Source: Flavobacteriales bacterium
Lineage (GTDB): Bacteria > Bacteroidota > Bacteroidia > Flavobacteriales_F > PHOS-HE28
DNA: 64,000 nucleotides
Assembly: GCA_020635675.1 (NCBI GenBank)
Contig: JACJZJ010000005.1
Location: forward strand, 147,633-211,632
Direction: 5' to 3'
Positions 17,901 to 30,094 of this stretch are shown one piece after another. The position numbers were made by a program, and so were the translations under genes. A model generated the notes under the pieces. That model saw only the letters and a program-made list of their open reading frames with translations, ran no database searches and was not told the DNA's origin. Within the stretch, counting starts at the first letter, position 1. Each line of letters begins with the position of its first letter.

Positions 17901-19022
17901 ATGAAGTTCATTGTGTCCAGCACCGCTCTGCTCAAGCAGCTCCAAATGCTCCAGGGCGTACTCGCCAGCAGCAACACCCTGCCCATCCTCGACAATTTCC
18001 TGTTCGAGGTGGACGGCAAGCAGCTGACACTGACCGCATCGGACCTGGAGACCACGATGACCAGCACCATGCCCGTGGAAGCGAAGGACAAGGGCAGCGT
18101 GGCGATCCCTGCACGCCTTCTGCTCGACACCTTGAAGGCATTTCCAGAGCAACCCCTCACCTTCACCATCGACGGAAAGCACCATGGGGTGGAGATCAGC
18201 AGCGACCAGGGCAAGTACAAGATGACCGGTTTCAGCGGGTCCGAATTCCCGAAGAGCCCCGTGCTGGAGGACCCCTCGCGTTTCACGCTACCCGCAGGCA
18301 CCCTGGCCACGGCCATCAACAAGAGCATCTTCGCCACAGGCAATGACGACCTGCGCCCGGTGATGAGCGGGATCTTCTTCGAGCTGGCCGATGATGCCGT
18401 GCGCTTCGTGGCCACGGACGCGCACAAGCTGGTCCGCTACATGCGTACCGACGTCAAGGCCGACAGGGCCGCGAGCTTCATCGTCCCGAAGAAGCCCTTG
18501 AACCTGCTGAAGAACATCCTGGCGTCCACCAGTGCAGAGGTCGCCGTGAGCTACAACGAGAACAACGCCTCGTTCGCCTTCGACAACATCATGCTGGTGT
18601 GCCGCCTGATCGACGGGAAATACCCGAACTACGAGGCGGTGATCCCAAAAAAGAACCCCAACAAGCTCACGATCGACCGGGCCACTTTCCTGAGCTCGAT
18701 CCGCCGGGTGAGCATCTTCAGCAACAAGACCACGCACCAGGTGCGCCTGAGCATCACCGGGAGCCAATTGACCATCAGTGCCGAGGACCTCGATTTCGCC
18801 AACGAGGCCAATGAGGTGCTCACCTGCAGCTATGAAGGGGACGACATGACCATCGGCTTCAACTCCAGGTTCCTGATGGACATGCTGAACAATCTGGAGA
18901 GCGAGCACGTGGTGCTGGAAATGAGCGCACCGAACCGTGCCGGTATCCTGCTCCCGGGCGGGTCTGCTGAGGTGGGCGAGGACATCCTCATGCTCGTGAT
19001 GCCCGTGATGCTGAACAATTGA
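17901..19022 (+). CDS. dnaN: DNA polymerase III subunit beta
   Basis: Begins MKFIVSSTALLKQLQMLQGV... and shows a three-domain sliding-clamp pattern. A possible longer N-terminus could start at the ATG at 17841. Confidence 0.9.
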   Translation: MKFIVSSTALLKQLQMLQGVLASSNTLPILDNFLFEVDGKQLTLTASDLETTMTSTMPVEAKDKGSVAIPARLLLDTLKAFPEQPLTFTIDGKHHGVEISSDQGKYKMTGFSGSEFPKSPVLEDPSRFTLPAGTLATAINKSIFATGNDDLRPVMSGIFFELADDAVRFVATDAHKLVRYMRTDVKADRAASFIVPKKPLNLLKNILASTSAEVAVSYNENNASFAFDNIMLVCRLIDGKYPNYEAVIPKKNPNKLTIDRATFLSSIRRVSIFSNKTTHQVRLSITGSQLTISAEDLDFANEANEVLTCSYEGDDMTIGFNSRFLMDMLNNLESEHVVLEMSAPNRAGILLPGGSAEVGEDILMLVMPVMLNN

Positions 19023-19066
19023 GGATCGGAACGGTCCTTGCCCTCCATCGACCAAACACCGTGAAG

Positions 19067-19504
19067 ATGAAGCGCTTGTTGATGTTCTCCGCGCTGGCAC
19101 TCGTGCTGAGCGCGAACAAATGCTCCGAGAAGAAGATGGGGGGCGATGTGTCGACCGATCTCACCTCCCTCGCCGGAGGCCAATGGATGCTGGCCACGCT
19201 GAACGGCAAGCCGATCGAACTGCCTGAGGGTGCAAAGACCCCCTGGGTGAAGCTCGAACAGGAAGGCGCTCGATTAAGCGGATACGGTGGCTGCAACCAA
19301 CTCATGGGCAGCTACAAGCTGGAGGGTGACCACATCAGTTTTCCGGGCTTGGGCTCCACCAAGATGATGTGCCCGGCCGCCTCCGATCTGGAAAGCAAGT
19401 TCATGAACGCATTGCGTCTCACGGACGGCTTCAAGATGGACGGGGACGTGCTGCGCTTGTTCCAGGGTACCGCGGAACTGGCCACCCTGCGCTCGGCCAC
19501 CTGA
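19067..19504 (+). CDS. META domain lipoprotein (HslJ-like)
   Basis: Signal peptide MKRLLMFSALALVLSANKC. Contains GGCNQLMGSYKLEGDHISF, a META domain signature. Confidence 0.7.
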   Translation: MKRLLMFSALALVLSANKCSEKKMGGDVSTDLTSLAGGQWMLATLNGKPIELPEGAKTPWVKLEQEGARLSGYGGCNQLMGSYKLEGDHISFPGLGSTKMMCPAASDLESKFMNALRLTDGFKMDGDVLRLFQGTAELATLRSAT

Positions 19505-19509
19505 GCGGA

Positions 19510-20187
19510 TCATCGGGTCCGATCCGGTCGGAAGTGGTCCCCATCGCCGGTATGGCTGGTGGTTTGGGGGTCGTACCACAGGGGAAGATCATCCACGCGG
19601 TCGGGTGGTGCGTGTTCCGCCGGACCTGGACCCCCTGTATCGTCATGTTGTTCAGCGGCGATCTGCTCATCCACCACGATATAGGCCGGTGGCACCTTGC
19701 GGTAGACGACAGCCATGGCCAAGCCGGACAATCCACCCCAGAGGTGGCTCTCCCAACTAACGTGGGGGAAAATGGGCAGCACACCCCAGACCATGCCGCC
19801 GTACAGGAAAACGACCAATAGCGAGATCGCCATCAGGGCACGGTTGCGGCGGATCAGGCCACTGAAGAAAAGGAAGGCGGCCATTCCGTAGACCACACCG
19901 CTGGCCCCGATATGGTGGTCTGCCCTGGCGCTGATCCATACCCAGATGCCCGTGAGCAGCCAGATGGCCGCCAACACGCGCCAAGCCACGCGCGGGTAGA
20001 AATAGACCAGACACCAGCCCAGGACAAGGATAGGTATACTGTTGTTGAACAAGTGACCATAGTCCCCGTGGACGAGCGGTGCTGTTATGATCCCCAACAG
20101 GCCCTCGGCGTGGCGCGGATAGACCCCGAGCCGCCAGATCGGCCACCCGAATGCCTCCGCGAGCATTTGGAACGCCCAGAGGAACAT
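19510..20187 (-). CDS. rhomboid family intramembrane serine protease
   Basis: GASGVVYG (GxSG) and HLWGGLSGL (TM6 His) motifs, with 6 TM. Starts at an internal Met; the upstream part of the long ORF is antisense to the cytochrome gene. Confidence 0.8.
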   Translation of the reverse strand: MFLWAFQMLAEAFGWPIWRLGVYPRHAEGLLGIITAPLVHGDYGHLFNNSIPILVLGWCLVYFYPRVAWRVLAAIWLLTGIWVWISARADHHIGASGVVYGMAAFLFFSGLIRRNRALMAISLLVVFLYGGMVWGVLPIFPHVSWESHLWGGLSGLAMAVVYRKVPPAYIVVDEQIAAEQHDDTGGPGPAEHAPPDRVDDLPLWYDPQTTSHTGDGDHFRPDRTR

Positions 20188-20314
20188 GACGACCACCACG
20201 GGGAAGAAGGCCGCCGTCCACACGCGATGGCGGGCAATGGAGGAGGGCGCTGGTGGAGGCGATATCGGAAACAAGGAAAGCTGCGGAACTTCCGGTCCCG
20301 CTATTTTCGCGGTG

Positions 20315-20773
20315 ATGAACAAAGATCGTGTCGTTCGCCGGCATGCTGTCGTTCTGGCAGCGATGGGCTTCCTGGTCCTATCCGCTTTCATCGGACTTCC
20401 CACGAAGGAGCAACAACCCCAGGACCCCGACCTGAAGCCACCGAGCGAACTGGCCCTGTTGATGCGGCATATGACCAGTTGGACCGACAGCACGAAGCAG
20501 CGCTTGGGGAAGAAAGGGGAACTGCCACCATTCCCGAAGGAGTTCGCGAAGATCCTTACGGCCATGCCGACCGATGGCAAGCTGGACATCGAGCGCAGCC
20601 ATTTCGACGCATTCGCCCATTACTACCTCGACCAATTGAAAGGGCTCTATGCCGCGACACCGGAGGATCGACCCCGGATCTTCAATGCCACGGTGAACGG
20701 TTGCGCCACCTGTCACGGCTCCGCCTGCCCCGGCCCACTGGTGAAGATCCGGAAGCTGTACGTGCCGCTCTGA
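20315..20773 (+). CDS. small c-type cytochrome family protein
   Basis: N-terminal TM/signal segment and a C-terminal CATCH heme-binding motif (CxxCH). Confidence 0.55.
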   Translation: MNKDRVVRRHAVVLAAMGFLVLSAFIGLPTKEQQPQDPDLKPPSELALLMRHMTSWTDSTKQRLGKKGELPPFPKEFAKILTAMPTDGKLDIERSHFDAFAHYYLDQLKGLYAATPEDRPRIFNATVNGCATCHGSACPGPLVKIRKLYVPL

Positions 20774-20834
20774 GCTGGTGCGGATCAAACCCCGGGACCA
20801 GCGTCCCGTCCTACCCACCAGACCTTTCACTTTC

Positions 20835-22367
20835 ATGCGACGCGAGCTGTTCCTATCCCTCCTGGCCCTGCCCTTCCTGGCCACCGCCCAGACCGAGGGC
20901 GACGGCCTGTTCGACACCGACCAGGTGATCACCGTGGAACTGACCTTCAGCCAGCCCGACTTCTGGGACAGCCTGGTGGCCAACTACGCCACGGAGACCT
21001 ACATGTGGGCGGGTGTCACCTTCACCGACAACAGCGGGACCTACGCCTACGACAGCATCGGCGTGCGGTTGAAAGGCAACAGCAGCTACGGTCATCCGGG
21101 CAACAAGAAGTCGATGAAGCTGGACATCAACCGCTATGTGCCCGGGCAGAACTACCACGAAGAGAAGAAGTTGAACCTGAACAACGGCTTCAAGGACCCC
21201 ACCTTTCTGCGGGAAAAGATGTTCATGGACTTCTGCCGGGACCGGGGCGTGCTCGCGCCACGGGTCAACTTCGCCAACGTATACATGAACGGCCAGCTCT
21301 GGGGGTTCTACACCGCGGTGGAGCAGATCGACGACCAGTTCCTCGACCGTTGGATCGCGGATGACGACGGGAACCTGTTCAACGCTGGCGACAACTTCGG
21401 CGGAGGCGGCGGCGGCAACAGCAACGAGGCCGATCTGAAATGGTACGGCAGCGACCAGACACTCTACTACGATCGCTACGAGCTGAAGAACAACGAGGAC
21501 GTGAACGACTGGAGCGACCTCCTGGACCTGATCGACCTGATCGACAGCTCCGCCGACGGCGTGCTGACGACCCAATTGCCCCAACGCTGGGATTGGGAGA
21601 CCCTTTGCCGCTCCTTCGCGCTCGACAACCTGTTCGCCAACCTGGACAGCTACATCAATTCCTCGCGCAACTACTACATCTACCACAACGCCACCACGGA
21701 TCGCTGGCAGTGGATCAAATGGGATGCGAACGAGGCGTTCGGGCAGTACACCGGTGGGCAGCAGAACCTGGAGCAACTCTCCCCCACCTACGCCGCGATC
21801 AACCGTCCGCTGGCGCAACGGATCATGAACATCGTACTGCTACGCTCGGACTATCTCGTGCAATACTGCGACGTCCTGGACCATTTCACGAACGCCGAGC
21901 TCGATCCGAAGATCGACGCGTTGAAGAGCCTGATCCAGGCCAGCGTGTATGCCGACCCGAACAAAATGTACACCAACGCGTTGTTCGATCAGAACATCGA
22001 ACAGGACGTGACCCTCGGCGGCGGAATGGGCGGCGGACCGTGTTACGGGCTCAAGTCGTTCATCACCGCGCGCGGTCAATACCTGGCGGGTGCGATCGAC
22101 TGTACGCTGTACACGGGCGTTGCTGGCGATGAGGTCCTGGATGCGGAATTCAATGTGTTCCCGAACCCGACGAACGGTACGGTGCTGATCAATGGACCGA
22201 CCCTCAGTGCGGCTGCCACGATCCAGGTGATCGACGCCACCGGCCGGCGGTTGCTCGACCGCGCGTTCGATCCGGTGCTCGATCTGTCGGGTCTTGCACC
22301 AGGGACCTATCTACTTCGGGTCATGAACGGCGAGGACGTCCGCCAGCAGCGGATCGTCAAGCAGTGA
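20835..22367 (+). CDS. CotH kinase family protein with T9SS type A C-terminal sorting domain
   Basis: Signal peptide MRRELFLSLLALPFLATAQT. The central region is CotH-like. The C-terminus NVFPNPTNGTVLI...LRVMNGEDVRQQRIVKQ is a typical Por secretion tail. Confidence 0.75.
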   Translation: MRRELFLSLLALPFLATAQTEGDGLFDTDQVITVELTFSQPDFWDSLVANYATETYMWAGVTFTDNSGTYAYDSIGVRLKGNSSYGHPGNKKSMKLDINRYVPGQNYHEEKKLNLNNGFKDPTFLREKMFMDFCRDRGVLAPRVNFANVYMNGQLWGFYTAVEQIDDQFLDRWIADDDGNLFNAGDNFGGGGGGNSNEADLKWYGSDQTLYYDRYELKNNEDVNDWSDLLDLIDLIDSSADGVLTTQLPQRWDWETLCRSFALDNLFANLDSYINSSRNYYIYHNATTDRWQWIKWDANEAFGQYTGGQQNLEQLSPTYAAINRPLAQRIMNIVLLRSDYLVQYCDVLDHFTNAELDPKIDALKSLIQASVYADPNKMYTNALFDQNIEQDVTLGGGMGGGPCYGLKSFITARGQYLAGAIDCTLYTGVAGDEVLDAEFNVFPNPTNGTVLINGPTLSAAATIQVIDATGRRLLDRAFDPVLDLSGLAPGTYLLRVMNGEDVRQQRIVKQ

Positions 22368-23261
22368 TCAAAGCTTCACGACCTCGGCATCGGCCAGGGC
22401 GTGATACAGCTCCTTGGCGGTGGCCTCGCTCACGGGGACGAGCGGCAGACGCAGGGTATTGTCACAGATGCCGAGCACCTTCAGCACTTCCTTGACACCA
22501 CCGGGATTGCCTTCCACGAAGATCAGGTCGATCAATTCCAGCAGGCGGCAGTGCTCCGCGCGGGCGGTGTCCAGGTCGCCCTTCAGTGCGGCATGCACCA
22601 GTCGGCCGAACTCCCCTGGAAGGGCGTTGCCCACGACGCTGATCACCCCATCGCCGCCCAGCGCGATGATCGGCAGGGTGAGCGCGTCATCGCCGCTGAT
22701 CACCAGGAAATCCTTGGGACGGTGTTTCAGGATGGTGGCGATCTGGCCCAGGTCGCCGCTGGCCTCCTTGATGGCGACGATGTTCTTGAGGTCGCGGGCC
22801 AGGCGGAGCGTGGTCTCGGCCTTGATGTTGCTGGCCGTGCGACCGGGCACATTGTACAGGATGATCGGCAGCAGGCTGGCCTGGGCGATCGCCTTGTAGT
22901 GCTGGTAGATGCCCTCCTGGGTCGGCTTGTTGTAGTAGGGGCTCACGCTCAGGATGCCGTCCACGTCGCTCAGGTCGAAATGGCGCAGAGCCTCGACCAC
23001 CTCGGCGGTGTTGTTGCCACCAACGCCGAGCACGATGGGCACGCGGTGTCGCACGATCTCAATGGTCTGCCCGAGCAGTTGGGTCTTCTCCTGCGCGGTC
23101 AGGGTGGCGCTTTCCCCCGTGGTCCCCATGCTCACCACGTAGTCCACCCCGAGCGTGATCTGGTGTTCGATCAGGCGTTCGAGCGCGGCGTGATCGATGT
23201 TGCCTTTCGGCGCGAAGGGCGTGACCAGGGCGACCCCGAGGCCGCGGAAACGATCGTCCAT
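22368..23261 (-). CDS. dapA: 4-hydroxy-tetrahydrodipicolinate synthase
   Basis: Contains GVALVTPF, GTTGES, the active-site Lys region AIKEASGD, and the DapA/NAL pattern. Confidence 0.92.
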   Translation of the reverse strand: MDDRFRGLGVALVTPFAPKGNIDHAALERLIEHQITLGVDYVVSMGTTGESATLTAQEKTQLLGQTIEIVRHRVPIVLGVGGNNTAEVVEALRHFDLSDVDGILSVSPYYNKPTQEGIYQHYKAIAQASLLPIILYNVPGRTASNIKAETTLRLARDLKNIVAIKEASGDLGQIATILKHRPKDFLVISGDDALTLPIIALGGDGVISVVGNALPGEFGRLVHAALKGDLDTARAEHCRLLELIDLIFVEGNPGGVKEVLKVLGICDNTLRLPLVPVSEATAKELYHALADAEVVKL

Positions 23262-23271
23262 GGATGGTGGG

Positions 23272-26728
<3,457 letters not shown>

Positions 26729-26811
26729 GACCCGGCAAAATTAGCGGGAGCGTCCCGCCGGATGCGACCCACGGCCGATCTTTGCGGCGCGTGGAGGATC
26801 CGGACCGTTTC

Positions 26812-27852
26812 ATGGCGCGCGCAATTCAACTGGCGCGGAACGCGACGGGTACCGCGGCCCCGAACCCCATGGTCGGCGCGGTGCTGGTGCAGGGTGATCG
26901 CATCCTGGCCGAGGGTTGGCACAAGCAGGCCGGCGGACCGCATGCGGAGGTGGAATGCCTGCGCGCGTTCGGTGATGGACCTGTTCCGGAAGACGCGGTG
27001 ATGGTGCTGAACCTGGAGCCTTGCAGCCATCATGGGCGCACGCCGCCCTGCGCGGACATGCTGGTGGAAAGAGGTGTGAAGCATGTGGTGGTCGCCCATG
27101 CCGACCCGTTCCCGGAGGTCGCCGGAAAGGGGATCGCGCGCCTGCGCGGAGCGGGCGTGCGGGTGGACGTCGGGGTGCGCGAAGCGGAAGCCCGCTGGAT
27201 GAACCGTCGCTTCCTCACCTCGGTGAACGAAGGGCGCCCTTATGTGATCCTCAAATGGGCGCGATCGGCGGACGGTCGGCTTGACGCGGGACCACGCACG
27301 GAACGCGTTGTCCAGCGCATCACAGGAGCGGATAGCCATACGCTCGTACATCGCTGGCGTTCGGAGGAACAGGCGATCCTCGTCGGGAGCCGCACGGTGA
27401 TCAACGACGATCCGGAATTGACCGTGCGCCTGGTCGCCGGACGATCGCCGCTCCGCGTGGTGCTTGATCGGGATGAGCGCACACCCGCCGGATCAAGGGT
27501 GTATGGGGGTGGATCACCTGCGCTGTTGTTCACCGGAAGGTCCCGCGCGGACCTGGCGGTGGACCAGGTCATCGTGCCCAAGGACGCGGACCCGATCTCC
27601 ACCATGTTCAACGAACTGCATCATCGGCAGGTCAGGTCGTTACTGGTCGAAGGCGGTGCGATGTTGTTGCAGCACTTCATCGAACGCGACCTGTGGGACG
27701 AGGCGCGTGTGTTCACCGGACCGCCGCATTTCGGAAAGGGCACGCCAGCGCCCGATCTGCCGCATGCGCCTTTCCGTACCGAGTACATTGGAGAGGACCT
27801 TCTCCATCGCTTTCACCGCACCCAGCACCCGGCCGACGCATGGTGCTGGTGA
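26812..27852 (+). CDS. ribD: bifunctional diaminohydroxyphosphoribosylaminopyrimidine deaminase / 5-amino-6-(5-phosphoribosylamino)uracil reductase
   Basis: Contains the HAEVECL and PCSHHGRTPPC deaminase zinc motifs and a C-terminal reductase domain. The track start at 26782 is a TTG. Confidence 0.9.
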   Translation: MARAIQLARNATGTAAPNPMVGAVLVQGDRILAEGWHKQAGGPHAEVECLRAFGDGPVPEDAVMVLNLEPCSHHGRTPPCADMLVERGVKHVVVAHADPFPEVAGKGIARLRGAGVRVDVGVREAEARWMNRRFLTSVNEGRPYVILKWARSADGRLDAGPRTERVVQRITGADSHTLVHRWRSEEQAILVGSRTVINDDPELTVRLVAGRSPLRVVLDRDERTPAGSRVYGGGSPALLFTGRSRADLAVDQVIVPKDADPISTMFNELHHRQVRSLLVEGGAMLLQHFIERDLWDEARVFTGPPHFGKGTPAPDLPHAPFRTEYIGEDLLHRFHRTQHPADAWCW

Positions 27853-28694
27853 TCATGGCCGCGGCCACCGCAGCGGGGATGTTCCTCGTGCTGAAAGGGT
27901 TCCAGCGCTGGAAGGTGGATACGCGTGGCGGCATCGTGGTCAACTACCTGACGGCCGCCGCCCTGGCCTGGTGGTCGGGCGACGTTCCACCGATCGAAAG
28001 GACCTCCGTGGTGTTGCCTTATGCGACCGTGATCGGCGTTGCGTTCATCGTGGTATTCTTCGTAGCGGCCATCAGCACCCAGCATGCCGGCGTGCAGGCC
28101 ACGACGGTCGCCAGCAAAATGTCGCTGATCATACCGGTGCTGGCGGCCGTGATGTGGCACGGCGACCGGCCCGGTGTCCTGGGTTGGTCGGGGATCGCGC
28201 TCGCACTGGTCGGCGTGGTGCTGGCCACCTGGTCGCGCACAGGCGTCGTGGACCCTGCCGCACGCTGGCTTCCTCTGGTCCTCTTCTTCGCTTTCGGAAC
28301 GATCGACGCCGGGGTGAGCGCGATCCAACATACCCTTCTCCACCCGGGCGAGGAGAACTTTTTCGCCTTGTTGACCTTCAGCACGTCGGCGATCTGCGGC
28401 CTGCTCTGGGCGGCGGTGGCCTCCTTTCGACGATCCCTTGGATCTTGGAGGACCTGGGGGGGAGGCATACTGCTCGGCACGGTGAACTTTCTCGCCCTGT
28501 GGACGCTCCTGCTCGCATTGGGGAAAGGCCAACTCGGGGCCAGCTTCCTCTTCCCGCTGGTGAACATCGGTGTCGTCCTGTTCTCCGTGATCGGCGCCGT
28601 GCTTCTTTTCCAGGAGCGCCCTGCGATCGTTCAGCGTATCGGCATCGGTGTATCGGTCCTGGCACTCGTTCTCATTCTCTGGTCGGCACGATGA
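27840..28694 (+). CDS. DMT (EamA-like) family transporter
   Basis: About 10 TM helices with two EamA-like halves. Start chosen at the ATG overlapping the ribD end. Confidence 0.65.
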   Translation: MVLVIMAAATAAGMFLVLKGFQRWKVDTRGGIVVNYLTAAALAWWSGDVPPIERTSVVLPYATVIGVAFIVVFFVAAISTQHAGVQATTVASKMSLIIPVLAAVMWHGDRPGVLGWSGIALALVGVVLATWSRTGVVDPAARWLPLVLFFAFGTIDAGVSAIQHTLLHPGEENFFALLTFSTSAICGLLWAAVASFRRSLGSWRTWGGGILLGTVNFLALWTLLLALGKGQLGASFLFPLVNIGVVLFSVIGAVLLFQERPAIVQRIGIGVSVLALVLILWSAR

Positions 28695-29290
28695 GCGATG
28701 ATCGCTTCCTGACATTGGCGGGAACGAGCGAGGCCCAGGTCCGCGAGAAGGCCAGCCGGTTCATCGGATTCGCATTCCCCGTGGGAACGGAGGAGGGGAT
28801 GAAGGACCGACTGATGGGGATCGCGAAAGCACATCATGCCGCGCGCCACCATTGCTATGCCTATGTGATCGATGGCCGCGAGCGCGCGAACGATGCCGGT
28901 GAACCTTCCGGGACCGCGGGCCGACCGATCCTTCGACAGCTTCAGGCGAACGGATTGAACAATGCCGCGATCATCGTCGTGCGCTATTTCGGCGGAACAT
29001 TGCTCGGTCGTGGTGGGCTCGTCCGCGCATACGGTGACGCGGCGCGCGAAGCGATCGGCGCGAACACGATCATCGAGGCCGTCCGTCGCGTACCCGTGCG
29101 GATCGACATGCCCTATGACCGTCTGGAACCGATGCGCCAGGCGGTGATCACTGCAGAGGGCACGATCGAACGGACCGAATATGGTGCGCACTGTTCCATG
29201 CAGGCCGCGGTACCAAGCAGCCGGGTCGATGCCTTCATACAGGAACACGCAGCGGGAACGGTGCGGATCGTCCGTCTTCAGTTGAAATAG
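28691..29290 (+). CDS. yigZ: YigZ / IMPACT family protein
   Basis: Contains FIGFAFPVGTEEGMKDRL...HHCYAYVI, as in UPF0029. ATGA overlap with the transporter stop. Confidence 0.8.
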   Translation: MSDDRFLTLAGTSEAQVREKASRFIGFAFPVGTEEGMKDRLMGIAKAHHAARHHCYAYVIDGRERANDAGEPSGTAGRPILRQLQANGLNNAAIIVVRYFGGTLLGRGGLVRAYGDAAREAIGANTIIEAVRRVPVRIDMPYDRLEPMRQAVITAEGTIERTEYGAHCSMQAAVPSSRVDAFIQEHAAGTVRIVRLQLK

Positions 29291-29685
29291 CCACCCAGGG
29301 CACGCACCAGATCATCCGGTGCACGGCAGGGTCGACCGGTCGAGCGGTCGACGAAGACCAATATCGTCCGGGCTTCGGTGAGCAGTTCGTCCAGCTCGTT
29401 CCGCACCTCGTAGCGGAAGTCGATCCGCACGGCAGGCACCTTTTCGATGATCGTGCGAATGGTCAGCCGATCGTCGTACAGCGCGGGCCGATGATAGGTG
29501 ACCTGAAGTTCATGAACGGGCAGCATTACTCCTTCCTCCTCGAGCCGCTTGTATGGGAAGCCCAGTGCACGAAGGGCTTCCACGCGGCCCACTTCGAAGT
29601 ACTCCGCATAGTCGCCATAGTACACGTAGCCCATCCGGTCGGTCTCGCCGTAGCGCACCCTCAGGATGGTATCGTGGGTGAACAT
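29278..29685 (-). CDS. acyl-CoA thioesterase (4HBT/YbgC-like)
   Basis: Contains MFTHDTILRVRYGETDRMGYVYYGDYAEYFE, a hotdog-fold thioesterase signature. Confidence 0.8.
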   Translation of the reverse strand: MFTHDTILRVRYGETDRMGYVYYGDYAEYFEVGRVEALRALGFPYKRLEEEGVMLPVHELQVTYHRPALYDDRLTIRTIIEKVPAVRIDFRYEVRNELDELLTEARTILVFVDRSTGRPCRAPDDLVRALGGYFN

Positions 29686-30094
29686 GGTGGCAAGGTAGCT
29701 GCGTTCCGTGAGGAGTGGCTTGCATGGCGATGCGGATGGGACCTACCTTTAGGGAGACCGATCAGCCGCTCCTTCCCGCATGTACTTGGTCCCCGCTCCC
29801 ACCGTTCACCCTCAGTTCGTCACTGGACCGAATTCGCTTCAGCCGAGTTCCTGCAAGCACGCGGCACAGGGGATGCACATGCGCGCAATCCCTTGTCAGG
29901 AGCGGGTTGCAGCGTACAATGGTGCATGTGACCTGCAAGTAAAATTTTCTTTGCCATCAAGTTCGACCCTTCTTTTTTTTTTCACTTTCTTCGATCCATA
30001 TTTGTCGCCCGATTCTTTAGGAACCCTTGACCAGCAACGGTTCCAGAACGATCGGACCGAACCACCACCGCAACCATAACACGTGACACCGCCC

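Noticed and set aside
19510-20589. 359-aa minus-strand ORF as a single long rhomboid protein
   Set aside because: The first 134 codons are antisense to the CxxCH cytochrome gene and are Arg/Ser/Pro-rich. The rhomboid core with GxSG and TM6 His begins at the internal Met (20187).
27464-29290. 608-aa ORF spanning ribD, the DMT transporter and yigZ
   Set aside because: It is an out-of-frame read-through. Only its last 199 aa (from the ATG at 28691) match a real family (YigZ/IMPACT). The upstream part overlaps ribD and the transporter in other frames and is R/G/P-rich noise.
29686-30094. DnaA boxes / oriC upstream of dnaA
   Set aside because: Scanned for TTATCCACA and its reverse complement. 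The best candidates (TGCGGATGG, TATGGATCG) have at least 3 mismatches, so no oriC feature was called.
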